A DNA stretch of 46,902 nucleotides, taken from positions 1 through 46,902 of IMG/VR virus record IMGVR_UViG_3300020440_000025; one strand, written 5' to 3'. Shown here one piece after another: positions 33,465 to 43,267 of this stretch (positions are counted from its first letter, which is position 1; every line of letters begins with the position of its first letter). The notes beneath the pieces are model-generated. The model was not told the DNA's origin. It saw nothing but the letters and a program-made list of their open reading frames with translations, and made no database searches. Origin of the DNA: a virus (lineage: Duplodnaviria; Caudoviricetes). The translations under genes were made by a program, and so were the position numbers.

Positions 33465-36400
33465 TCATCTAAACCAAGTAGTTTATTTAATTCTACTTGA
33501 CGGAGTGCAGATGCACCAGTGTTTAAAGACAATGGCCTCTGTGATACTTCAGGAACTTCTATTGTAGGCATTTCTGGTTGTACTTGTTGAGACATTTGTT
33601 CTCTAATCTGTCTCATTCTTTCTTCAGCTTCTTGTTCTTCCATCTTTGGTAAGAAAGGTTTTCCGTATTCTTCTCCAAATATCTTACTCATTTCTCCAAA
33701 ATCAAATGGATTAGATACCTTATCGTTCTGTGATGACAAAGCTATCTTTATTGTTTCAGATGAAGGATAGAAAGGCGTGAACTTTCCTGCCATCATTTCT
33801 CTTATGTTTGGAGTTTTAGATTTTTTTAAAGAAGTTACTATCTCTCCATCAGACAAACCTAAAGTTCTGGCATCATCAATGGCCATGCTTAGATCACGCA
33901 ATGCTTTAAATCTTTGTTCATTAGAAACTATGTAAGCTTTAGTAATATCTTCTGGACTCATATCTGATTTAGATTTAGCAAGACTATTAAAAATACCAGA
34001 AGCTTCTCTCACTTGGGCTGACGCTTCATATCCTCTGTACATCAAACCTATTTCTACTTTTGGTTTAACTGATTTCAAACCAGACAATGCTTCAGCAAAT
34101 TCACCAGCAGCATCTATTCTTTCCCCCCTTCTATTAACTCCGGTTATGGGATCTAAACCAGCCGCTAGTCCGATTGCTTTTGGGAAGTCAGTAAAATCAG
34201 CGCCTAAAGTAAAACTTCCTAATTGAATGTCTTGTCCAGCTACATCTCCTCTTAATTTTATAGGAGCAATGCCAGGCGTTAGTCCATCAGCTAAATGAGC
34301 AAACCCTTTTGAAATTTGTAATCCTAGCGGATCTGCTGATCTCCAAATGTTTCTTCCATACCTAGTTTGATTTCTAAATAAGTCTGCAATTTTTTCTGTG
34401 ATGATGGACTCATCCATAAACGGACTAAAAAATTCTTTAGCAGAATCTACTGACGCTCTATAGAATATATCAGTCAAATCTTTTTCTGATCTAATACCAT
34501 TTTGAACAGCGCCATAAAGAGCTCTGGCAGGTCTTGTTAGATAATCATAGGGATTGGTATAAGAAAAATTATATAGTTCTCTTATGTTTCCATCTTTGTC
34601 AGTTGACATAGGAATCATAACAGAATATCTATCCCAATCTGCGGCAAACGATCTTTTGTATGCGTCAACTTGTTCTGATGTAGACCCTGTTAATGTTAGA
34701 CCTAAAGTATATAAACCTGCAGGCAAGGTAGCATCAACAGTCAGTCCGCCCATGAGTCTTCTCATGCCGATAGCTCTTATTTCTTCAGACTCACTGGCCA
34801 ATTCTCTGATCGCTCTTCCATAAGAATTACCACTGGTTCTTAATATCTCAGCAGGAAAAGCAATAAAGTTTCCAAAAGGAAGTTGTCGTAGTTGTTTAAT
34901 AAATTCAGGAACACGAGAGTAATTAGGAACAGTGTCTTTAACTATCTCTGCAGATTCTCTTCTTAAAAATTCTGCTGCATCTTCTGGATCTAGTTGTCTT
35001 AAATTAACAAAGCTATCTCCGTAATCAAGGATGTTTTGAGCATCTGTTGTTTTTAAACTAAAACTTTGATTGTTTTTAATTGAGTTTTCAAAAGACTTTC
35101 TTAATCTTCCCAACTCCATTTGATAACTATAAATTTTAAAAACATCATCAGAGCCTTGGTAAAGTTTTCCTGCAAATCTGTTTTGAGTATTTTGTGCAAT
35201 CTGCAAAGCTCTTTTTCCAAAGCCTCCACCTTTAATGGCATCACCTAACAAATCTTCAAACTCACCAATCTTTGCGTTGGTATTAACCACGCCTCTTTCT
35301 ATCATTTCATTATAGAAATCTTTTACTTCTTGTTTAGTTGCTACTTTAGATCCGCTACCTTTAAAAGCTTCAGATCTATTTTGAAACGATATGTTGTCAT
35401 TAATGTTTTGAAAAACAACTTTAGCGGAGTTAACAAAGTCTTCTCCGTTTCCAAAGTTTCCATTTCTAACAGCGAACATTCCAGCGGTGGTTCCATTTCT
35501 AACTTGAGTAACAGGAGAATAAACAGTCTTGGCTATTTGAGACATACCTTTTAAGCCCATGAAGGTAGCGTATAATCTACTTTTCTCAGTGAGATTAACG
35601 TAGCTAGGTATATCAGTAAGGGCTCTTATGTCTTCATACTTAGAAAACTTTCCAGCAAGATCTCCGTATTGCAAATAACTATTGTAAGTAGGAACTTGAG
35701 TTACTTCTCCGGTAACTGGGTCGGTGACTTTTCTAAAACTTCCTATTGGTTTGTAGTTTAAACCTTCTAGTCCGCTAGGCGGTTGATCCAAAATAAACTT
35801 TTTATCTTGTGGTAAATTGTCATTGTGCTTTTTAATGTCATTAAAGAATTTGCGTTGTTGAATCATGTTAGACATCTTGCTAACTGTCTCAGTTACTTTG
35901 TACTGCAAGCCTAACTTTTGTTCATCAAGAGTTTGTTCTCTAATTTTTCCAAACTCAAAAGCACCGTCCTTATCTTTTCTGCCAACAGGTCCATATATGT
36001 TTCTTTGTCCTGTGTATTCTCCTAAGAAAGCTCTCACTGCTGGAAGATTATCTAATTGTCTTTCTTTTAAAACACCTGTCGATGCACCTTGAAGAGTGTC
36101 TTCTTCAAACATATTTTTTGGTTTCATGTTTGCATTTGAAAAGCTGGTTATATTTTCAAAGATGTCTCTTAATTGTTTTTGAGCTTCAGGTTGGCTCAAT
36201 AATTCTTCAGCTTCTTTACCTGAATTAGCAATTATATTATCTACAGCAGCTTGATAAGACTTTTGATTTTTTGAGCTCATGTCATCAAATGGTTTGAAAT
36301 CAGGATCATTGCCTGCTCTGTATATTCTTCTTCCGTAATAGCCTTCGTTATTTTTTATTTCTCCCAATAAGGCTGCGTTTAAATCATCATCAGCCTTGGA

Positions 36401-37684
36401 CAATCCTGTTGCAGCAACTGATTCCAAATCATCTGTTATTACTTTTGAAAGGCCGTCAATATCCCCTCTTAATCTTTGTGCTGTTTCAAACAAACTAAAA
36501 TCTTTTTCTCTGCCAAATAAACTTTTTTTTCCGTAACGAGATAATTTTGTATCTTTTATTTCTTTAAATAATTTATCTGTATCTTTTAAAACATTTTCTG
36601 CATTTAACCTTACCGCCTCTTTAGCGTTCTTTCCTTTTGGCACAGCAAACAGATAATCGTTGATTGCATTCAAAACCATTTGTTGATCAAACTCATTTAG
36701 AAGACCGTTCTTATTTAACACCTCTAAGCTATCAGCCATTTCTTCTACAGCGTTTCTTGCTTTTTTATTTGCCAGAGAAACATTATGTATTTTCATGTGT
36801 CTTATTTTTTGTACTACTTCATCAGGCATTTGACCTTTAAAAGAAATACCTTCTTTTACAGCCCTAGACATCTTGGCTATGTTTCTTGATATGAAATTCA
36901 TGTTTTCTAAATCTGGCTTGACACCTACATCGTCAAAGATTTTAGATTTGATTCCATCGAGTGCGGCAGATGCTGACTGACCAACAGATTGAGCGGCTTC
37001 AGTTCTTGCAATCTTTTCCGTTGCAGCACCTACACCTTTCACGGCTCCTTTTATTAATACAGGACCGCCAAGTAAAAGTGCTGTGCCTTCAGATGCCACC
37101 TTGAATCTGTTAATTAAATCAGCGGCTGCTTTCTCTGATCCTTCTAAGTCTTCAGTTTTTATTCTTTGAGTAGGACCAGTCTCAAAAAAATCTCCTAGGG
37201 TTTCAACATCAGGGGTAGTGGCCACTACATCTGCAGCACCAAATGCACCTACTTGACCTACTTTTCCTAACTTAGCTTCTCTAGCAGCCTTCGCAGCTAA
37301 TCCACCAGGGACAACGAATTGAGTTACAAACTTAACTGCGTTACCTGCTCCGGTTTTTGTGGTCGGTGTGATCACATCAAAGAAATCACGCACACCTTCA
37401 GCTAAACTTTCCTCGCCTTCATCGAGAGTAGCTAGGTCAATAAGTTCTGCAGGTAGGGAAACAGCCCCAGATATTGCGCTGACCACACCAGCGACAGGCG
37501 CTTTAAGTATATCGCCAAAGGTTGATACGTCTTCTTCGCCTAGCTGTGCGGCTCTTTGAGTGGTGTCTATTTCTAGAAGGGGGTTTTTTTGAACCCAATT
37601 TGCTGCTGCAATTTTTGCAAATTCTAAATCATCCGTTGGAATTTCAATTTTTCTTCCATCAGGAACTGTAATTGTTGTACTCAT
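33461..37684 (-). CDS. Large internal virion / DNA ejection protein (1407 aa)
   Basis: Size, helical composition and position as the last of a series of internal virion genes, as in podoviruses. Confidence 0.65.
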   Translation of the reverse strand: MSTTITVPDGRKIEIPTDDLEFAKIAAANWVQKNPLLEIDTTQRAAQLGEEDVSTFGDILKAPVAGVVSAISGAVSLPAELIDLATLDEGEESLAEGVRDFFDVITPTTKTGAGNAVKFVTQFVVPGGLAAKAAREAKLGKVGQVGAFGAADVVATTPDVETLGDFFETGPTQRIKTEDLEGSEKAAADLINRFKVASEGTALLLGGPVLIKGAVKGVGAATEKIARTEAAQSVGQSASAALDGIKSKIFDDVGVKPDLENMNFISRNIAKMSRAVKEGISFKGQMPDEVVQKIRHMKIHNVSLANKKARNAVEEMADSLEVLNKNGLLNEFDQQMVLNAINDYLFAVPKGKNAKEAVRLNAENVLKDTDKLFKEIKDTKLSRYGKKSLFGREKDFSLFETAQRLRGDIDGLSKVITDDLESVAATGLSKADDDLNAALLGEIKNNEGYYGRRIYRAGNDPDFKPFDDMSSKNQKSYQAAVDNIIANSGKEAEELLSQPEAQKQLRDIFENITSFSNANMKPKNMFEEDTLQGASTGVLKERQLDNLPAVRAFLGEYTGQRNIYGPVGRKDKDGAFEFGKIREQTLDEQKLGLQYKVTETVSKMSNMIQQRKFFNDIKKHNDNLPQDKKFILDQPPSGLEGLNYKPIGSFRKVTDPVTGEVTQVPTYNSYLQYGDLAGKFSKYEDIRALTDIPSYVNLTEKSRLYATFMGLKGMSQIAKTVYSPVTQVRNGTTAGMFAVRNGNFGNGEDFVNSAKVVFQNINDNISFQNRSEAFKGSGSKVATKQEVKDFYNEMIERGVVNTNAKIGEFEDLLGDAIKGGGFGKRALQIAQNTQNRFAGKLYQGSDDVFKIYSYQMELGRLRKSFENSIKNNQSFSLKTTDAQNILDYGDSFVNLRQLDPEDAAEFLRRESAEIVKDTVPNYSRVPEFIKQLRQLPFGNFIAFPAEILRTSGNSYGRAIRELASESEEIRAIGMRRLMGGLTVDATLPAGLYTLGLTLTGSTSEQVDAYKRSFAADWDRYSVMIPMSTDKDGNIRELYNFSYTNPYDYLTRPARALYGAVQNGIRSEKDLTDIFYRASVDSAKEFFSPFMDESIITEKIADLFRNQTRYGRNIWRSADPLGLQISKGFAHLADGLTPGIAPIKLRGDVAGQDIQLGSFTLGADFTDFPKAIGLAAGLDPITGVNRRGERIDAAGEFAEALSGLKSVKPKVEIGLMYRGYEASAQVREASGIFNSLAKSKSDMSPEDITKAYIVSNEQRFKALRDLSMAIDDARTLGLSDGEIVTSLKKSKTPNIREMMAGKFTPFYPSSETIKIALSSQNDKVSNPFDFGEMSKIFGEEYGKPFLPKMEEQEAEERMRQIREQMSQQVQPEMPTIEVPEVSQRPLSLNTGASALRQVELNKLLGLDD

Positions 37685-39264
37685 TATTCTTTTTGTTTTT
37701 CTAGTATTTCTTGCATTTCTTCTAGAGACATTTGGTTTGTAGAGCTAGACCCTAAATCGCTTTCAAAAAATGCAGCCCTTGCTATTCTAGTTGCTGTTTC
37801 TATGACCCATTGATCAAAGTTTAAAGGTGCTAGTCCTTGAGCAGACCTTGCCTCATTATCTTTTTCAAAACGACCTTGTGACATTGGATCTTCTCTAAGC
37901 GCTGTGGCTTGATCACTAATTATTTTAGCAGCTTGTTTTTGACTATCACTACCTTTATTCAAGAAGACAGTTAGTATTTCTCCAACAGGTGTGCCAGGCA
38001 TTTGAGTTTTAAGATACTCAATTGTCTTAGCTATCTCAGGAATTTGATTTGCTATTCTTGCTTGCGCTGCAGACTCTTGTTCTTTACGTTTGATATCAAT
38101 TAATTCTTGTTCTTGAAGAGCTTTAACGTAAGCTTGCCCTCTACTTTCACCCAGTTCTCTTCCTCCAACCGCTGCTAAAAGAGCCCTTCTTTTCATCGGA
38201 TCATCTATCTTTCCACCTGTAATGGTATCAAGACCATCAAAGACTCTTCCCAATAATGTAGTTGGTTTTTTCTCTTCAGGAACAGGGATCTCTAATTTTT
38301 CTTTAGTTTCATCGCTAACCGGAGTTTCTGGTAACGTGGGTTGCTTCAAAGCTCCTTCATATTCTTCAAAAGAAGCTCTAGTGGGAGCTTGTTGTTCGAT
38401 TGCTGCTTCTCTATCTTCTTGAAAGCTTGGATCGTCTACTGGTTCTGCTAATGGATCAGTAGCGCCAAGCATCTTTGCAATACCGCTGTATTTTACAGAA
38501 TCATAAATATCACCTGGAGCTTCTAAGAGTGCATTAATGGCATCTCCGCCACTGGCTATAAAACTTGCAAGAGGATTATCTAAAGTGGTGTCAATAAGAT
38601 CTTGTCTATCTTGAAAATTTTCTATGTATACTTGTTTAGATTCTTCTGGCAACTCCATAAAAGTTTTAAAATCCATTTCGTAAAAATCTAAAAATCCTTT
38701 TATATCATCTGGTACTTCTGGTTTTGCTTCTCCACCATTTGCCAACATGGCGATGCCGCCCTGATTCATTTGAGCTACTTGTCCCTCTACTGGTTCAAGC
38801 AAAGCATCTTTTAACTCAACAAGGCTATCTCCAACTTCAGGAAGAACTGTAGCTTCGTCTTTGACCTGAAGAGCTCCAGATGTTCCATATGAAAGTTGAG
38901 TTGTTAAATCTTTAAGAGGCTCTTTACCTATCTGTCTTTCCATAGCATCTTTAGCTTGTTTGTGTTTTTGCACTTGTTTAGCAAGTTTTGCGCCTTTTAC
39001 CCCCATACTAACTAACCGTGCTGCAGCCGCTGCAGGTGGGAAAAATATTAAAGCCATGCTCATTTGATCTATAGGATCGGTTGGATCAAAAAAGAATTTA
39101 GCTGCTTCAGTAGCTTGTTGAACTAAATCAGATGACATAAAACCGCCATCATTTAATTTCATTGGCCCCATGCCTTCGTTAATTGGAGCAATGCCAGCCA
39201 TGATGCCACCGCCTGCTCTTCGCTGGGGAGTTTGAAACATGGGTCTATCGTATATGCTATTCAT
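37684..39264 (-). CDS. Internal virion protein (526 aa)
   Basis: Begins MNSIYDRPMF; contains xxxGG motifs; lies in the ejection-protein block. Confidence 0.6.
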   Translation of the reverse strand: MNSIYDRPMFQTPQRRAGGGIMAGIAPINEGMGPMKLNDGGFMSSDLVQQATEAAKFFFDPTDPIDQMSMALIFFPPAAAAARLVSMGVKGAKLAKQVQKHKQAKDAMERQIGKEPLKDLTTQLSYGTSGALQVKDEATVLPEVGDSLVELKDALLEPVEGQVAQMNQGGIAMLANGGEAKPEVPDDIKGFLDFYEMDFKTFMELPEESKQVYIENFQDRQDLIDTTLDNPLASFIASGGDAINALLEAPGDIYDSVKYSGIAKMLGATDPLAEPVDDPSFQEDREAAIEQQAPTRASFEEYEGALKQPTLPETPVSDETKEKLEIPVPEEKKPTTLLGRVFDGLDTITGGKIDDPMKRRALLAAVGGRELGESRGQAYVKALQEQELIDIKRKEQESAAQARIANQIPEIAKTIEYLKTQMPGTPVGEILTVFLNKGSDSQKQAAKIISDQATALREDPMSQGRFEKDNEARSAQGLAPLNFDQWVIETATRIARAAFFESDLGSSSTNQMSLEEMQEILEKQKE

Positions 39265-39266
39265 GT

Positions 39267-40202
39267 TTAAAGTCTTCCAAGAATAAGGTCAAGAATACCA
39301 CCACCTTCACCGCTACCTAGTTCTCTAAACAAAGAATCAAGTTCTGTAAAACGATCAAGTATGTTTCTGCTTTCTCTGTTTTGTAATCCTTGCGATCCTG
39401 TTCCATAACCAGACTGATAAGTTGGTAAGAAAGGTGCTAATGATTGTAGACCAGCTTGACCTCTTTGAAATCTCATATATGGTTCATCTGCCATTTGAGT
39501 AGCAGCGTCATACCCATACCCAAGAGCCCTGTCTTGTATACCTCTGCCTGTTGCACCTAATCCAGTTAACGTACCAATCTGATTAGTTAGCATGTCTTGT
39601 CCTTGTCTTCCAAGACCTGCAATACCTGAAGCAGCGCCAGCTTGTCTTCTTTGAGCATCTTCAAATGCTCTCATAGACGCATCTCTTGCAGAAGTAAAAC
39701 CTTTGTTTCTAAGGTCTGCACCTATTCTTGACTGCTCTCTCAAAGTATCTCTGTTTATCTGAGCTTCTTGAAGAGCGCCTCTTGATCCACCGAATGCACC
39801 AGACTGAGCTTGTCTTGCTCTGGCTTGTCTTTTCTGGTCTTCCCCTAATCGAGAAACGTCCGCCTGTTGAGTTTGAACAACAGACTCAGTGTATGGATTC
39901 ATAAACTGACTAGCGAACAAAGGGTTGTAAGCCGAAGCACTAGATTGATATAAGTCTTGAGCCGTACCTAATTGACCAGAAAAACCACCCAGTCCACCTG
40001 CAAGATTTCTAGCCTCAACTTCTAATGGAGATAACCCTGCTACCTGTCTTGTTGGTATAGGTATTGGTTGGCTCATTAAGCCACCTGGTCCGAAGTAAGA
40101 AGCTAATAAATCTCTACTCGCTTTTTCTACCGCTGGATCAACAAAAGCTGTTTGAGCATTTGGATTTATTATTGGTTGAGATTGTGCGTATGTGTCTACC
40201 AT
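39267..40202 (-). CDS. DNA transfer / pilot-like internal virion protein
   Basis: Ala/Gln/Gly-rich; FMNPYTESVV...GAFGGSR motif. Confidence 0.6.
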   Translation of the reverse strand: MVDTYAQSQPIINPNAQTAFVDPAVEKASRDLLASYFGPGGLMSQPIPIPTRQVAGLSPLEVEARNLAGGLGGFSGQLGTAQDLYQSSASAYNPLFASQFMNPYTESVVQTQQADVSRLGEDQKRQARARQAQSGAFGGSRGALQEAQINRDTLREQSRIGADLRNKGFTSARDASMRAFEDAQRRQAGAASGIAGLGRQGQDMLTNQIGTLTGLGATGRGIQDRALGYGYDAATQMADEPYMRFQRGQAGLQSLAPFLPTYQSGYGTGSQGLQNRESRNILDRFTELDSLFRELGSGEGGGILDLILGRL

Positions 40203-42064
40203 TATGAAAGTCCTGCTGCTTTTTCGCCTGCTCGTTGAAGCGCATACATTGTTCTAGCGCCTTCCCTTCTAGCGTTCTTTTTGTCTTTTATTTTACCGTT
40301 GAATAATCTACCTATACCTCTAACCGCTTTTGCGTTCACAACAAACTCGCCATCACTCAACATGGCTGGTATGTCATCAGATCTTTCTGTACCGGGGCCA
40401 GCTATCTGTCCGTTCTTTCTAGGGAAGTTTGTTTCACCGCCTTCTGCTAAAGATATGATGCCACCATTCCTTGCGTTCTTTGGACTTAGTGCGCCTGTCT
40501 TATCGTCTACATTATAGTTGGCATACATTTGACCGGGTACACCTTGATACCCAAGATTAAAATCAGGTTCTTCTCCTTTAGGAACAAAAGATGAAATACC
40601 ATAATACCTAGGGTCAACCATTTGAAGTGCGCTAGGTTGAATTCTGGCAAAGTTAAGAGGGTCATTAAATACAGAAGCACTTGCTCTTTGCGCTGCTTTA
40701 TTTAAGTCACTTTCGTTACCTCCTGGAAATCCTCCACTTCCTCCAAGCAAACTGACTAAAGCCCTTATTCCCCTACCAATAGGTATACAAATATCATTTA
40801 TACCATCGCCATTAGTGTCTCTTCCTATGTATCCAGCAGGGCATACTCCATTTGCGTCTGGTTCAGGTGTGCCTCCTTTATCTTTATCTCCATCTCCACC
40901 TCCAGTGTCTGGCCCAGTATCTGGAAGATCTGTGTCATCTTCACCTTGATTATCTTCATCAGTAGGAGTGTCATCTCCACCTGTTTCTTGTCCGGGGGTT
41001 GGGCCACCTTCACCAGGAGATTGACCGCTGTCTGGAAGATTTGGAGGAAGACCACAGTATGTTCCTCCTCCAAATTCTGAAGGAAGAGTAATAGGAACAA
41101 AAGGAGGTATGCATTCACCATTTGCTAGTGGAGGTTCGCCTGCTCCACCTCTGCCTGGTTCTTCTTGTCCGGGGGCTGGGCCACCTCCACCAGGACTTGT
41201 TCCCCCACCGGGGATTGTCCCCCCACCGGGAGGCGAATCATCTCCTCTTGGAGGCGAATCACTAGGAGGTGAGTCATCTTTCTTATCATCGTCTTTTTTT
41301 AACCATTCAGTAGGACACCAAGCACCAATGTCTTTTAATTGAGCTCTAGTCTGCGTACCTTTGGTTAAAACTTCTATCTCATCATCGGTAAGTGAATCTG
41401 GGTCTAAAGTCCCATTGCAAATAGCTTGTAATCTAAACACTCTATCTCGTGCATCATCAATATCTTCAAGCTCTCCATCAGTGGGCTGTCTTCCCGGTGG
41501 GGGAGGCCCATAGACTTCACACCTATCAAGAACCGGATTGTAAACTTCGCCTGGACCGCAACCTTCAACTGGTCTTCCACTGTCATTAGCCATTCTGTCT
41601 TTACCGCCTCTGCCAAAATCTCTTATCACATTGCCTGCAGCGTCTAATATTCTAAATCTTGCAGGGTCTTTATTTTCTGGATTATATTCAAATTCAGGAT
41701 CTGTTACCTTCATCATGAAGTTTTTAAATCCATCTAATGGAGCATTTGGAAAAGTTTCATAGAATATTTCTCTTTGAACTTCTCTGTCGCTTATGTCTTT
41801 CCCTTCTTGTGCTGCTATATTTAAAGCTAAAGCCCATGCAATATCTTTTTCTTCAGAGGGAAAAGAAGCTCCTCTGTAAGATTTGTCAGCGCTACCACCC
41901 ATGCTTGGATAATACCCACTTAAACCAGGGTTTGGACCAAGCTGTGGTGATCTAGGAAATCTTCTAGAGCCCGGTTCTCCTCCACCAAATACTCCTCTAG
42001 CAAGATCTTTAAAATATCCTTTAACGGCTCCACCAAAAGGTTCAAAAGATCCAATGCCTGCCAT
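40202..42064 (-). CDS. Internal virion protein with a Pro/Gly-rich centre (620 aa)
   Basis: C-terminal IAGPGTERSDDIPAMLSDGEFVVNAKAV motif, seen in phage virion proteins. Confidence 0.65.
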   Translation of the reverse strand: MAGIGSFEPFGGAVKGYFKDLARGVFGGGEPGSRRFPRSPQLGPNPGLSGYYPSMGGSADKSYRGASFPSEEKDIAWALALNIAAQEGKDISDREVQREIFYETFPNAPLDGFKNFMMKVTDPEFEYNPENKDPARFRILDAAGNVIRDFGRGGKDRMANDSGRPVEGCGPGEVYNPVLDRCEVYGPPPPGRQPTDGELEDIDDARDRVFRLQAICNGTLDPDSLTDDEIEVLTKGTQTRAQLKDIGAWCPTEWLKKDDDKKDDSPPSDSPPRGDDSPPGGGTIPGGGTSPGGGGPAPGQEEPGRGGAGEPPLANGECIPPFVPITLPSEFGGGTYCGLPPNLPDSGQSPGEGGPTPGQETGGDDTPTDEDNQGEDDTDLPDTGPDTGGGDGDKDKGGTPEPDANGVCPAGYIGRDTNGDGINDICIPIGRGIRALVSLLGGSGGFPGGNESDLNKAAQRASASVFNDPLNFARIQPSALQMVDPRYYGISSFVPKGEEPDFNLGYQGVPGQMYANYNVDDKTGALSPKNARNGGIISLAEGGETNFPRKNGQIAGPGTERSDDIPAMLSDGEFVVNAKAVRGIGRLFNGKIKDKKNARREGARTMYALQRAGEKAAGLS

Positions 42065-42418
42065 CTAGCACTTCCATCTTCTACGAGCCTGTCGCAGTCT
42101 AGAATTTGGATTTTTTGCTGCTTTCGGAAACTTCTTCATCTGTCCTGCCGATCTAGCGCAAAAGGACTTTCTTCTTGTCGCCCTCTTGCCAGTTGGTTTA
42201 CTTTCTGTTACAGCCGTCTGTAGTTTACTACCTGGATTCTTTTTGCGATAGGCTTTTACACCTGCTTCTGTCATTCCAGCCCCTGATTCTGTGGACCGGA
42301 AGTTCTTCTTATTACGTTTTGGCATATTATCAGGCTTTCTTATGCGCCTGCCACCACGCTTTACGGTTTTAGTAGCGTATCCACCGTTTTTAAATTCTTC
42401 TGCATAAGACCTAAACAT
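42065..42418 (-). CDS. Small basic protein (117 aa)
   Basis: GMTEAGVKAYR..NPGSKL...RRKSFCARS...SRLRQARRRWKC. Confidence 0.75.
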   Translation of the reverse strand: MFRSYAEEFKNGGYATKTVKRGGRRIRKPDNMPKRNKKNFRSTESGAGMTEAGVKAYRKKNPGSKLQTAVTESKPTGKRATRRKSFCARSAGQMKKFPKAAKNPNSRLRQARRRWKC

Positions 42419-42744
42419 CAGCTATGTCTCGTTTTCTTTCTACGATCTGACATGATTGCACCGCACCCTCTATGGTATGCCATGCCTCCATTCATGAAAG
42501 TAGATACATTGGTGGGCTTACCGCCCACGCCTTGCTTCTTAGATCTCTTTCTTTTAACTGCGCTTTTCCTTTCGCCTTCTGTCATTTGATTTGCCTTAGA
42601 TCGAGGCACACATTTTGGATACTTTCTTTTAGAGCCTTTGGTGGATTTACGACCACACCTCTGAAACTTACCTTTCTTCTTAGGTGCGCCTATATCTACC
42701 CAGTCTCCTTTCGAGCCTTTACCAAACCAATCCGTTAAGCTCAT
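42418..42744 (-). CDS. Small basic protein (108 aa)
   Basis: LTDWF...WVDI...CGR...YPKCVP; overlaps its neighbours. Confidence 0.75.
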   Translation of the reverse strand: MSLTDWFGKGSKGDWVDIGAPKKKGKFQRCGRKSTKGSKRKYPKCVPRSKANQMTEGERKSAVKRKRSKKQGVGGKPTNVSTFMNGGMAYHRGCGAIMSDRRKKTRHS

Positions 42745-42941
42745 TGAAGAACTCTGTATCTTTTAGCAACAAAACCACCACAATTCATCTTCTTTGGACC
42801 CCAATCTTTTTTCTTTTTACCAGAGGGATCTTTTATCTTGCCTGCACATATCTTGCTGGCATAGGCATTTGCATAAGCTGACGGATATACATCAAACTTA
42901 CGTTTGGCTGCGGCTTTACCACGAGCGCATAATTTAGTCAT
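42741..42941 (-). CDS. Small basic protein (66 aa)
   Basis: AAKRKFDVYPSAYANAYASK; overlaps its neighbours. Confidence 0.75.
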   Translation of the reverse strand: MTKLCARGKAAAKRKFDVYPSAYANAYASKICAGKIKDPSGKKKKDWGPKKMNCGGFVAKRYRVLQ

Positions 42942-43267
42942 TACCCTACCTCTACGACAATAGAACCTTTAGTTACTACTTGAACCGTGCCAACACTGGC
43001 TGTAGCCAGTAATGTACGAGAATCATATGATATATCTTTAAATGTGTCTCCATCAAATACCTGTAATCTGCCTGCAGTTTGGTTCCAAATAACGTCACCG
43101 TCCCTGAATTTAGATTTATCAATAGTAGTTTGATTGAATTGAGGCGTTTGGTCTACGTCAACAGCGTTTAAATTAAGCTCCAGCACCCTGACCGCCCGGT
43201 TGTATGTATCTGCTGTGACGTTCCCATCAGAGGATAAAGGCAGTCTGGTCTGTAATATCTTAGCCAT
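42941..43267 (-). CDS. Tail-associated protein (108 aa)
   Basis: Follows the tail tubular gene; GDVIWNQT..RLQVFDG beta-repeat. Confidence 0.6.
   Translation of the reverse strand: MAKILQTRLPLSSDGNVTADTYNRAVRVLELNLNAVDVDQTPQFNQTTIDKSKFRDGDVIWNQTAGRLQVFDGDTFKDISYDSRTLLATASVGTVQVVTKGSIVVEVG

Noticed and set aside
43170-43204. Possible self-target of array unit 2 (peptide NRAVRVLEL resembles the decoded string)
   Set aside because: Only 4 of 11 dinucleotides match at the DNA level.
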